Origin: Octopus sinensis
Taxonomy: Eukaryota
Reading direction: 5' to 3'
Assembly: GCF_006345805.1 (NCBI RefSeq)
Contig: NC_043002.1
Location: 70,680,001 to 70,744,000, forward strand
DNA: 64,000 bases
The translations under genes and the position numbers were made by a program. A model generated the notes under the pieces. That model ran no database searches, had not been told where the DNA came from, and saw nothing but the letters and a program-made list of their open reading frames with translations. How positions within the stretch are numbered: position 1 is the stretch's first letter; the number at the start of each line of letters is the position of its first letter. Positions 25,421 through 38,289 of the stretch are shown piece after piece.

Positions 25421-26658
25421 TGTCTTCGGATTTTGGCAAAAGGCCGGCAATTTTGTGGGGAGGATAAAATGAAATGTAATGGTTTCTTAGATATTAAACA
25501 AACAATTGACCAATTTAAATTTGTTCTTGACTAAATCTAAAAATATAAGATGAAATATTCAATCAAATATTTAAAATTAAGGGGAAATTGCAAGAAATTC
25601 CAATAAACACTTAGCTTTTACTACTACTAATCCATTATATATATTTAAATAAAAGACTCTTCCAGGATTTGATTTCTCAAATATGTGACAAAAGTCTGTA
25701 AATGTTATGGGAATAATTTGATTTCTGAACGTAGCACGTGACGAAAATAACATCAGAATCTAAGGTTTTCTTAAACAAATTATAAATAATCGATGGAAAT
25801 AATCTTTTGATATAAAAATTTAATCAAGAGGTATGCTGCAGGAATTGTATAAAAATGATGAACTCATTCTAGAAGAAATAATTGTAGAAACTGATCAAAT
25901 GACCGTATGATGTGATGCTTTCCTTTTATAAACATTTAAATGATATAGAAAGAAAATTATATCTTCAAAAGTACCGGTGTGTTTTTTAATTAAAAAGATA
26001 GAACGCATCAATTCATCTTTTGAAAAAAGAACAGAAAAGAAAAAGAGCTGCTTAAATGTTGAATCTAATTCACCAGTCGACAAAAAGTCTTCCGGAAAAA
26101 AACAAATTGATGATCTTTTTGATTTCAGAATCTAGCGAGATTAACTGATATCGGTTTTCTCTATATCAAATTCCACATGGGGAATAAACGCTGGCTCATT
26201 GATTATAATTATATACGCTAAGCACCATACCTTGAGCTTACGTTTCAGCATCCGAATCGCGGTCATGGATTCAAGTCAGCAACGTATAAAGTGCTAGTAG
26301 TCAATCCATATTATTCTGATACAGACAACAGTGATTAGTACATAGTAAGTTCTATGGATAAATGTTGAAACTTACCAGAGGTGTAAAAAGGAAAATTATT
26401 AATATCCGTGGGGTTGACATAAAAGCTTTGATAACAGATATTAACAAATTATATCATAAGATGTTCAAATTGTTCGGTGGGTTAAAACTAATTAAATCGG
26501 GTAAGATAATATCAATTAAATGATAATGGCGCTTAGCTTCTATTTACAAAAAGAATTCTGTAGAGAAATGCTACCGTGATCCATCTTAAACAATACATTA
26601 CACACGCATACACACACACATATACATATAATATATAATATATATATATATATATATT

Positions 26659-26718
26659 TTACTCTTTCACTCTTTTACTTGTTTCAGTCATTTAACTGTG
26701 GCCATGCTGGAGCATATG

Positions 26719-26768
<50 letters not shown>

Positions 26769-27105
26769 CTTTACTACCATCGCTGGAATCGAGAGTTATA
26801 CCCGACATCCTCGAATTTGATGTCCCCGCACTGTTCCAAAGTCTCAGCTGTCTCATCTAGAGTGAGGACCATATACTACAATAGCTTGGTATTCAAGGGT
26901 CTACAGCTATTTAACTCCTTGTCAAAACATCGGATGTTGGTGTGTTTAATCCCCGTAACTTAGCGGTTCGGCAAAAGATACCGATAGAATAAGTAGTAGA
27001 CTTACAAAGGACAAGTCCCGGTCTCGAATTGTTCGACTAAAGGCGGCGCTGCAGCATGGCTGCAGCCAAATCATTGTAACAAATACAAGAAAATGAATAA
27101 AAGAA
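26659..27105. mobile_element. Two family-A SINE tails (minus 26659-26713; plus 26930-27105) flanking a CR1 ORF2 3' fragment (26790-26930)
   Basis: RTIYYNSLVFKGLQLFNSLSK is homologous to RTRFCDSLGFRGPQLFNILPK of the 32-kb LINE. Confidence 0.7.
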
Positions 27106-27235
27106 TACTACGGAGATGTACTTGCATACAAGATCTGAGATCGTGTGCTGGAACCAAGCAATTGCAGCGTGAAAGGTGTTAATAAGCCATTTAAGAAACA
27201 CAAAAATCGTTAGATTCACTTCAACATTTAAATTT

Positions 27236-27290
27236 AATTTGCCAAAATATTTTCGTCGCTTTGAGACAGCGACCCGTTCACGGACAAAAT
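27236..27290 (-). ncRNA. Hammerhead-like motif with a G3-C8 variant core (A9 reads G here)
   Basis: Minus strand: TTTGTCC GTGAACG G GTCGCT GTCTCAA AGCGAC GAAA ATAT TT TGGCAAA. Confidence 0.5.
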
Positions 27291-27713
27291 CCCGTGCTGC
27301 ATCTGAGAAAGTAACCGTTAGTTCATAATATATATGCACATACGTATGTATGTATGTATGTATGTATGTATGTATGTATGTATGTATGTATGGATGGATG
27401 GATGGATGGATGGATGGATGGATGGATGGATGTAAATATGTGTGTGTACATGTATGTGTGTATGCATATGTGTACATGTATGTTCATGTGTGCATGCCTA
27501 TACTCATGTATGTATGTATGTATGTATATAAGTATGTACGTATATACTTATATATGTATGTGAGTATTTAATTGTGTTGACGTGTCTATGTATGTGTACA
27601 TGTGAACGTATGTTTATGGACTTACATGTGTCTGTTCAAGTTGCATACATGACTGTTACTTTGTTGAAGGTTGTATATATACACACACATATATATATAG
27701 ACACACACATAAA

Positions 27714-27744
<31 letters not shown>

Positions 27745-28249
27745 TTGTCCCTCTCACTGCCGTCTGACGGTGAATGGATAAAACATCTTAGATACACATA
27801 TGCACATATAACCTTACTTATTCATATATACTAGTACACACAATCATATAGACAATTACACACACTCTCAAATATACGTATAATCTTAAAGTATACACAC
27901 ATATACGCTTATGCATCTATGCATATATATGACACTATTTTCAAGGATAACGGTTACAATTCAAATATGATTTTTTATTATTTTTAAATTATTTTTTACA
28001 CACATACATATACAATACATACATATATCTACACACATACTCATACGTGCATGCAGGTACATACTCATACACAAACGTACTCACACAACACATACTCACA
28101 CGTACAAACACACATACATCTACACATACGTACATACGTATCAAGCTATGTACGCTCATACAGTTATATATAACTACATATATGTATTTCAGTATCATGC
28201 ATCTCAACAGGTATGTATAGATTTCCACATGTAAATGAGAGAAAGGGAT

Positions 28250-29098
28250 GGCTATAGAGGGGTACTCCCGAGTGGAATCTGGGTGTTACCCCATTCGGAT
28301 TTACGGTTGAGAGTGGGTTTGTATTCTTGTATACTTCAGTGACTTATCTCAGCATTGCATCAGTGGCATGTGTAGATAAGATGTCTAATCTACGTCTCCC
28401 TAAGGAGCCATTGTGACTGTCTCCAGCATGTAGTTGTCCAGATGTTCTTTGAACCAGTCACTGATGCTCCTAGAAGTCTCACCAATGTACGACTCTGGGA
28501 TAGTCGCGCAAACTCCTTCTTGGAACTTAATCTGTTATACAGTACTCTTCGTTTTGCAGTTCACATGCAATATACTGCACAATTATTTTGACACGGGATT
28601 CTATCAAATGGATATGATCTACTTAATACAGATTTGATTGTACTACATGTCTTTTCTACAACTTTGATCTTAAGGCCAGTTGTGCGCAGTACTTTCTTAA
28701 ATGCCTTACTTAATTCGTTCTTAGGTGTAGCGTCAACAAACATTACACTTTGAAACTTCTTGTTATCCTACCAAGTATTGTTTTTTTTCTTTTGTTGGTG
28801 CCCCTCTCTAACCTATTCCACAACTTGTTGCGGTATAGAGGGCTTATATCATTTTCATCATCTCTTAGAATTCGTTCGAATATTGCTGTCGCTCCTTTGT
28901 ACACTCTGATTCTATCGTACTGTGTTGCATTGGGAATATGTACTGCTGGGTCTGCTGTCGTCGTTCTTGAGGCTGGCATATTGGAGATACATTACTCATT
29001 TCTCTAATTAAGTCTGCCACAAGTATGTTGATCTTCATAGTTCTTGACATCGCTGCGTCACTACGGATTACCAGTGGATTAGCCATAGGTCTACAATA
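28250..29098 (-). mobile_element. PLE relic (RT C-terminus plus GIY-YIG endonuclease)
   Basis: [16 protein letters not shown]; MFVDATPKNELSK...IKVVEK; YIGETSRSISDWFKEH. Confidence 0.85.
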
Positions 29099-29104
29099 GT
29101 GTGA

Positions 29105-29168
<64 letters not shown>

Positions 29169-29171
29169 ATG

Positions 29172-29205
<34 letters not shown>

Positions 29206-29214
29206 TGTATTTTC

Positions 29215-29595
29215 TTTTATTCTTTTTATTCTTTTACTTGTTTCAGTCATTTGACTGCGGCCATGCTGCAGCACCGCCTTTTAGCCGAGCAAACTTATTC
29301 TATCAGTCTCTTTTTGCCGAACCGCTAAGTTACGGGGACGTAAACACACCAGCATCGGTTGTCAAGCAATGCTAGGGGGACAAACACAGACACACAAACA
29401 CGCACACATATATATATATATACATATATACGACAGGCTTCTTTCAGTTTCTGTCTACCAAATCCACTCACAAGGCATTGGTCGGCCCAGGGCTATAGCA
29501 GAAGACACTTACCCAAGATGCCACGCAGTGGGACTGAACCCGGAACCATGTGGTTGGTAAGGAAGCTACTTACCACACAGCCACTCCTGCGCCTA
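29215..29595 (-). mobile_element. Family-A SINE
   Basis: Head, body and tail present, with a small internal deletion. Confidence 0.9.
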
Positions 29596-29669
29596 TGTAT
29601 GTATGTATGTATGTATGTATGTATGTATGTATGTATGTATGTATGTATGTATGTACGTATGTATATACA

Positions 29670-29880
29670 CAGGTTGTTCCAGAAGTCGCGCATCACCCTG
29701 GTTTTATAAAAATAATACACCCATATTGATTTCAGAAAACACTTTTTGAAAATAATCATAAAGAATGCTCAAATTGAGCAGCCTCTGCAATAAGAAATCC
29801 ATCAGTTTTAAAAGTAAAATGAATTGCGTGATTTATCTTTAAGGAAAACTAGAAAAGTGCGTGACCTCTGGGATACCCAG
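29670..29880. mobile_element. Small Tc1-like MITE
   Basis: Imperfect TIRs CAGGTTGTTCCAGAAGTCGCGCA / TGCGTGACCTCTGGGATACCCAG in a TA context. Confidence 0.55.
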
Positions 29881-29904
29881 TATATATATATATATATATA
29901 TATA

Positions 29905-30530
<626 letters not shown>

Positions 30531-30540
30531 TATATATTGT

Positions 30541-30585
<45 letters not shown>

Positions 30586-30593
<8 letters not shown>

Positions 30594-30759
30594 AAAGGGC
30601 TTAGTAAAATAAATTACTTTGCCGCATACTGAACTCATTAGAAATAGCAGCTAAAAAACTTTTTAAAGCTATTTCTAATACTTAAAGAAAATCTCTCTCA
30701 TATATAGTGTTTGCTTAATTCAACTCACAAACTTATTTTACTAAGCCCTTTTATATAAT
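30586..30759. repeat. Foldback element in (TA)n with a 27-bp perfect terminal IR and a nested 12-bp IR
   Basis: ATTATATAAAAGGGCTTAGTAAAATAA and its reverse complement; inner ATTAGAAATAGC / GCTATTTCTAAT. Confidence 0.8.
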
Positions 30760-30852
30760 GTAATAATTTGAATTCGCCTTGAATGGTCCCTTTGCATACT
30801 GAACACTTGGTGAAATTGATTAATAATTAATTAATTTTGCCCTCAATTGTTG

Positions 30853-30929
<77 letters not shown>

Positions 30930-31560
30930 AGTTGGTTTGGGAAAGCACGTGGTTGGATATATAGAAAATAGTAAAAAGTGAAAAAACTACAGAAGGCTTG
31001 CTTTAAAAGGTTAAAAAAAATATATTTGAGTCAATATGTCTGAAGAATATTATAAATGTTTTTCTTACAATGACATAGTTTAGAAGAAAGACCGGTTTCG
31101 CATTTAGCTTTTCAAATTTCTTACGTCGTTATGTTTATGTTGAGGTGAGTTATCGTTATGTTTATGTTGAAAAGAGTTCTAAATAAGGGGAGGTAATAAG
31201 TGATTTCTTCCGGTGTAAGGGAGATAATCGCTTAAATTTTTTTGCCTTTCCCTTGGTGTGAATTTCTCTGTATCAGTATGTTGGAATGGTTAAGTCTGGG
31301 CTTGTACTTTTCAATGAAGAATGTTTCCTTGTTTAGTCTAATTTGTGTTAATGATCCGATAGCACATTGGTAAAATGGAAAGATTAAAAATAGTGGTAGT
31401 AGTTGCTTTGCGCATTTCTCAATGTGCTCACTAAAGGGTATCATTCTATATTCTGGGAATGCAATCTGTTGTCGATGCAGTGTGCATCTACGTCTGAGTG
31501 ATAGATCCCACGTAGTCTTGGTGGCAGCCCGAGCATTTTATGACATAAATTATTAATATT

Positions 31561-31562
<2 letters not shown>
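30930..31562 (-). mobile_element. PLE 3' fragment (GIY-YIG C-terminus plus terminal region with a hammerhead motif at ~31085-31122)
   Basis: IYVIKCSGCHQDYVG...FSEHIEKCA...FPFYQ...RLNKETFFIEKYKPRLN. Downstream: TTGAAAA GC TAAAT GC GAAA C CG G TC. Confidence 0.8.
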
Positions 31563-31629
<67 letters not shown>

Positions 31630-31696
31630 TATATATCTATATATATCAGAAATATTTCTAAATGTCTCAAAGAGACATGAGCGGTGGTGGAGCGAT

Positions 31697-32002
31697 AGAG
31701 TGGTTGTATACCGTCAACTTAACGTGACAGTCCCGTAAGGGAATTACTTCACCGCTGTTTAGCCCTAGGAAGCATCGAACGCTTCCAGTCGACTTTGACA
31801 CATTTTTCCCCAGAAACATGCATGTCCTCAGGTGTGAATCTTGGCTGGAGGGGGTGCTTACCTCCCCTTCACAAACATAAGGACACAGGGGAAAAATGTG
31901 TCAAAGCCGACAGGAAGCGTTCGATGCTTCCTAGGGCTAAACAGCGGTGGTGTAATTCCCATACGGGACTGTCACGTTAAGTTGATGGTATACAACCCCT
32001 CT
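31697..32002. mobile_element. Palindromic MITE with ~115-bp TIRs
   Basis: 31697-31811 is a near-perfect reverse complement of 31888-32002. Confidence 0.9.
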
Positions 32003-32017
32003 CTCTCTCTCTCTCTC

Positions 32018-32065
<48 letters not shown>

Positions 32066-32180
32066 TATATATATACATATGTATGTATATATATACATAT
32101 GATTGATTGATTCTAGTTTCAGCTTATGAGCTGTGGCCATGCTGGGGCACCGCCATTTGGTGTTGCTACTTGGTTTCACT

Positions 32181-35100
32181 TCATGGAGGCTTTCTAGCAA
32201 CTGCTATTTGGTGCATGAGAGAGTTCGATGCAGCTGCCCTCATCTGCCCCTCCTGCCGTGAAGTTGGTTCATCTGGGACACCTGACAGGAAGAGATCCAG
32301 CTTCATTTTAAAGACATCTGTATCCACCCCATGCAGGTCTCTCAGGTTCTTCGGGAGGATATTGAAGAGCTGTGGGCCTCGGAAGCCCAGGCTATCACAG
32401 AATCTTGTCCTACATCTTGATGGCAGGTTTGGAGTCCTAGGCACCACGCAGTGGCGCCCAGTTCTGGCATTTGCGTAACTCTCGATGCCAAAGTTCAGGA
32501 CACTTCCCTCCAGGATCTTCCAGATGTATATTATGGCATATCTTTCCCGCCTACGCTCCAGAAATATAATTTTAATCTCTTGAGTCTTTCCCAGTAGCTT
32601 ACATTCTGCATAGAGGCTATCTTCTTTGTGTAGCTTCGTTGGATCGCCTCAAGTTCTGTGATCAACTTGACACTGGATGGTGACCATAGCTGAGAGCAAT
32701 AGTCAAAGTGGCTTAGGACAAGTGTCTTCCAGAGGACCATCATGGTTTTTTGTTCTCTTGTTCTAAAGGTTCTAAGAATCCATCCAGCCAGCCGTCTACA
32801 TTTCATTGTCAGTTTAGCAACATGTACATGAAAGGTCGCGTCATCACTCATGTGAATACCCAGGTCACGCACTGATTGTGCCTCTGGGATTGCAATCCCT
32901 CCGGGTCCAGTGTATTCATTGGGTATTGCATTCAGTTTTGCATGCTGATAGTATAAAGCTTGAAACTTTCCAGCATTGAACTGCATGCTATTCTTTTCAG
33001 CCCACTTGTATATTTCGTCCAGCTCACATTGCAGGTGTTAGTGTCCTCAGGGTTCTGTATTGCCTGTGAAACTTTTGTATCATCTGCATAACTTGTGATC
33101 GTGGCTCTCTGCGTGGCTGAGGGCATGTCTGAGAGGGCCATTATGAACAGTAGTGGTCCCAGAACAGTGCCCTGCGGAACAACGCTCACTATTTGTGTGT
33201 TAATGGAGGTGGCCCCATTGGCTACTACCACCTGACTTCTATCCTTCAGAAAGTCATGAAGCCATTCTCCCAGTTTTCCAACTATGTTGAGATCACGCAG
33301 TTTGTGACATATCATTCCATGATCGACTTTATCAAAGGCCTTTGCAAAGTCGAGATATATGACTTCCACATTTGAGTGGTTGAGCAGCCGTTTCAGCACC
33401 CAGTCATAGTGTTGTAGGAGCTGAGTTAAACAGCTTCTCCCTGGTCGGAAACCATGTTGGGTGTCGGGCAGCAAGTCATTCTCTTCAAGGAAAGTGATCA
33501 GCTTCCTTCTGACTATTCGTTCCATGACCTTGCTGATGTGTGAGGTCAGAGAGATAGGTCTATAGTTCTTGGCTTCCGCTCTGCTACCTCCTTTATGAAT
33601 GGGGCATATTTTACCTTCCTTCAGTTTTCCTGGAAGTTTGCCAGCTGCAAGGAAGCTCTGAAAGAGGAACTGCAGTGGTCTTGCTAGGACTCTCTTACAT
33701 GCTTTTAGGAGGATTGCCGGGAATCCATCGGGGCCAGTAGCTGAGTCTGTTTTCATTTCATCTATAGCCTTGGTTACATCGTCTTCCTTTATATCGATGT
33801 AATCTATCGTCGCCGCCTCTGATTTTATATCTGCAGTGGTAAAAAAGTCAGTTGGATTGGTGATTTGGAGATGCCCAAGGGGTGGAGTGAAAACACTCTT
33901 GAATTGCTCATTCAGTATTTCACTTACCCTCATTGGTTTTCCTGTAAGTGTGCCATCCTTTTCGAGGAGTGGCCCTATTCTACAGTGCACTGTAGCTGTT
34001 TCTTTGGCATACCTGTAGAAAGCTCTGGGGTTAGATTTTATGTTTTCTATAGCCCAGGCTTCTTTGTCTGCTCTTTGTTTTTCATGGGAGAGTTGCAGAC
34101 ATTTTTCGATTTCCAACAGTTTTATTTTTAGGCGGGACTTTTCACTGCTTTCAATCTGTTTGTTTAGGCGATTTGAAAATTTCGTACGCCGTCTCATTAA
34201 AATTTTCCTCTCTCTGGGGATTTTGTTCTTGTGTACAGTGGCCTTTCTCTCTGGGACACATTTGTAGCATATGGCTTGCATTACAGACATGAATTATTGA
34301 AGTTTCACGTCGATGTCTGGCGAGGAGAGACATTTAGGCCAGTTTTGTTTGAGGATCTCTTTCTCAATTTGTTTCCAGTTTGCCTTATGGTAGTTCAAGC
34401 TGGAAAGATTTTGAGGGTTTCTTGTAGGCTGCATGTCCGTGCTCTCTTTTGGCCCGTACATGGTCAGCTCTATCATGTTGTGATCCGAGAGTAGTGTCGG
34501 TGTCACTTTCACATTATGGATGAGATCCATGTCATTTGTGAAGCAGAGATCCAGTGTGTTACCTGCCCTGGTTGGTTGGAGTATTACCTGCTCCATGTAC
34601 AGGGTGTTGATGAGGTTCAGGAGGGACCTCGCCTGTCCTCGTTCACATCTTGTCATTCCTGGGAGAGAAAGGCCCTCGGGCCATCTGACATTGGGCAGAT
34701 TGAAGTCTCCCATAAGAAGCACACCTATGTGTTGCTCTAATGTGGTTAGAATTTCTTCTATTTTTATAAGGCAGTCTTCAAACTTGCCCACATGGCTTGG
34801 GGCATCTGGAGGGCGATATGTAGCACACACAACTACATCAAGTTGCCTAATATGTACAATTAGTGTGTCACACACCGAGTTTGAGTATGACAAGAGGACC
34901 TGGGGTGTGAGGTCCTCACGGATGTACATAGCAACACCTCCATGACTCCTTTCTTTCCTGTCGGTCCGTAGTACAGCATACTGTGGTATGTGTAACTCCG
35001 CATCTGCTATGTCCGGTTTCAGGTGCGTTTCTGTAAGTGCTATGCATAAGGCTTGATTGCATGCAACAAAGTCTCTCAGGAACGGGATCTTTGTCCTGTT

Positions 35101-35283
35101 ACTGAGTGTTTGCAGTCCTCTGATGTTCAGTAGGAGTATCGAGGTGAGGTGTACGTTGTTGCCGGCGGTGTCCATCCTGTGTCTGTTTGCTGTGGTGGTC
35201 TGGTATATAGTGGGTAGTCCCACCTGCGGGCTTGGGTTTGATGAAGCCAGGTCAGCTGCTGTACAATCTTTTGTGCCATGCAC
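32181..35283 (-). pseudogene. LINE ORF2 (APE endonuclease + reverse transcriptase), disrupted
   Basis: NIRGL, ALTETHL, GGVAMY, TYRPP, MGDFN, LDLCF, SDH; NYRPISLTS, QHGF, YLDFAKAFDKVDH, VPQGTVLGP, YADD. One stop at ~34294 and frameshifts near 33040 and 32550. Confidence 0.95.
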
Positions 35284-36034
35284 AAAAAAGATTGTTGCTC
35301 AGCAGCTGCTCTTTCGACATCATGTTGGCTGTTTGTGGCGCGCACAACATCTGCGTACCTCCGTTTTGGGGCAGGTGGTGCGTGGTCCATCCCTTTTCTT
35401 TGTGTTGATGGTTTGTCCATCTGCCTCGTGTCTCTGTGGCAGGGTCCCCGATGTGCAAAGCGGCAGCCTGCACCTTCCTTTCCATGCCAGCAGGAACCTC
35501 TCAGGTAGAACATACACACCCGTGTGCGCTGTTTGGTTCCATCCTTTGCGGTTCCACTTCTATTTCTGGTTGTTTCACACTTTGGTCCTGCTTGAGCTTT
35601 TTCTTTTCCTTTAGCTCTTCCAGTCCTTCTTTTAGTTCTTCTTCCTCCCTCTACCTCTTCACCGGGTTCTCCGTCTCCATGGCCCTTGCTGCCGGTTGGA
35701 GAACTTGCACCTGGGTTCACTTCCCGGGCAGGTTTCTCATTCAAAACCTCCTCCCGGGCGTCCACCAGGTGGGGTGACTTCTTTCATCGTCTCCATTCTT
35801 GCCATCTTTGCTCCGCTCGTTCTCAAAGATGGCATCAAGTGCGCCAATGTGCGACCGTACAAGCGCATATGAGCGCACGAATTCCTGTCTCTTTCGCTCC
35901 ATCTGAGCCGCTGTCCTCTTGTAGCCTCTGCTCTTCAGCGCAGCCGCAATCACCTCCCTAGGGCTATCTCCGCCGGCGCACTCCCATGCTCGTACGAATA
36001 AATCCAGCTCGTCACGTCTCCATGCTCTGGACAT
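35127..36034 (-). pseudogene. LINE ORF1: Myb/SANT-like N-terminus plus CCCH zinc finger, frameshifted
   Basis: MSRAWRRDELDLFVRAWE...IAAALKSRGYKRTAAQMERKRQEF; CMFYLRGSCWHGKEGAGCRFAH. Overlaps the ORF2 start. Confidence 0.8.
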
Positions 36035-36089
36035 GCTGGGTAATCCGTCTATCCGTTTATCTATCTAATTATGTTCGAGAGAAGACAGG

Positions 36090-37260
36090 AAGATATTAAG
36101 GCTAATTAGAAGATAGAGTACTTGAAAAAGAAATATTAACAATATTAAAGTTTGTGTAAAAACGTTATTTGGGTAAAAACGTTATTTAATCTTAAGGCTA
36201 ATTAGGGGATAGAGTATCTGAAAATGTATTAGCAATATTAATATTATATTAGAGTGTGGATAAAAACGTTGTTTAATCTTAAGGCTAATTAGGAGATAGA
36301 GTATCTGAAAATATATTAGCAATATTAATATTATATTAGAGTGTGGGTAATATTAAACGTTATTTAATTTAATCTTAAGGCTAATTAGAAGACAGAGTAT
36401 CTGAAAAATGATATATACAATATTAAGCAATATTAACCGTTATTTAATTTAATCTTAAGGCTAATTAGACGTTATTAATATTAAACGTTATTTAATTTAA
36501 TCTTAAGGCTAATTAGAAGATAGAGTATCTGAAAATATATTAGCAATATTAATATTATATTAGAGTGTGGATAAAAACGTTATTTAATCTTAAGGCTAAT
36601 CAGGAGATAGAGTATCTGAAAATATATTAGCAATGTTAATATTATATTAGAGTGTGGGTAATATTAAACGTTATTTAATTTAATCTTAAGGCTAATTAGA
36701 AGATAGAGTATCTGAAGATTTATTAACAATATTAAAACAATATTAAACGTTATTTAATTTAATCTTAAGGCTAATTAACAGTAATTATTAACAATATTAA
36801 ACAATGTTAAACGTTATTTAATTTAATCCTAAGGCTAATTAACAATAATTATTAACAATATTAAACGTTATTTAATTTAATCCTAAGGCTAATTAGACGT
36901 TTTTAATATTAAACGTTATTTAATTTAATCTTAAGGCTAATTAGAAGATAGAGTATCTGAAAAATTATTAACAATATTAAAACAATATTAAACGTTATTT
37001 AATTTAATCTTAAGGCTAATTAACAATAATTATTAACAATATTAAACGTTATTTAATTTAATCCTAAGGCTAATTTGATGGTATCAATATTAAACGTTAT
37101 TTAATTTAATCTTAAGGCTAATTAACAATAATTATTAACAATATTAAACAATATTAAACGTTATTTAATTTAATCCTAAGGCTAATTTGACGGTATCAAT
37201 ATTGAACGTTATTTAATTTAATCTTAAGGCTAATTAGAAGATAGAGTATCTGGAAAATTA
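36090..37260. repeat. Modular AT-rich tandem array (17 cores) upstream of LINE ORF1
   Basis: 17 occurrences of AAGGCTAAT, usually within AACGTTATTTAAT(TTAAT)CYTAAGGCTAATT; recurrent spacer types; 311-bp higher-order period. Confidence 0.9.
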
Positions 37261-37930
37261 TTATATCGAGAACAGTTATTGAAAATGTAAACAAACAAAA
37301 TGACGATCGCAACTTTAACTAAGATGTGGGCCTAAGTGAAAGATAAAATAGAATAATAAATAAAATATGTAATAGATGAAATTGATACTTAATCCAACAA
37401 TGTGGTCTGGATTATTTTTTTTTTTGGTTTACGGGATTTTTTTCAGGAGAGATGCTTCTTTTTTCTTTCTTGCAGGAGATAACTTGATTCAGTTATTTTT
37501 GCACCATGTGCGTTTCGGCGATAATGAAAATTACTGTGTATATGTATATATTTATATATATATTTTTTAAAAAATATTTTTAAACCAAAGTGTTGTAGTG
37601 ATCTCTATGACTTAGAGTTTTACGTTTTGCAACTACAGTGGGTTATTTCGCCGTTCTATGCAAACTTTTTCACAGAGCAATATATATATATAAAATTTAA
37701 TAAGGGTAGAAATTGATATTAGTCAATTAAAACCAGTGGCCCAGCATATTAAAAAGAATCCGAAGATTAAAATATTTTTACATACAAAATTTAAAGGACT
37801 GAACACGAAAAGTGGACAGTCAACATGCTAGATATAGACGTCGAATCGCTATTTTCCACAAAGAGTACGTTCTCAAATAAAAACTCAGCACAAAACCAAA
37901 GCATTAAACAAGACAAACGAAAATATACGA

Positions 37931-38009
<79 letters not shown>

Positions 38010-38289
38010 GATATGTATATATATATATCTATATATATATATATATCTATATATATAATATATAATACATATATATATATGTATATTATATATATAATAT
38101 ATGTTTAATATGTATAATATATATAATCTCTCTCTCTCTCTATATATATATATATGTGTATGTATGTATATATATATATGTATATATATGAAGGACCAAC
38201 TTCGGTCATGGCTGACCATGGGTATCACGTCCGTCCGTTTATTGCCCGGTTGGTGCGCTCGGCCTGAGCAGTGCCTCCTGTGTCTATGG

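Larger units (their letters stand above)
32101..37320 (-). mobile_element. Near-full-length CR1-type LINE
   Basis: ORF1, APE-RT ORF2, short 3' UTR and (ATCA)n tail. The putative 5' end AGTTGCGATCGTCATTTTGTTTGTTTAC lies near 37313; that boundary is uncertain. Confidence 0.9.

Noticed and set aside
36090-37260. CRISPR array
   Set aside because: Spacers recur and vary widely in length, there are no cas genes, and the context is a eukaryotic LINE.
37845-37880. Additional hammerhead (TTGAGAA core, minus); also CTGAAGA at ~48583
   Set aside because: The GAAA half and stems are missing or too degenerate.
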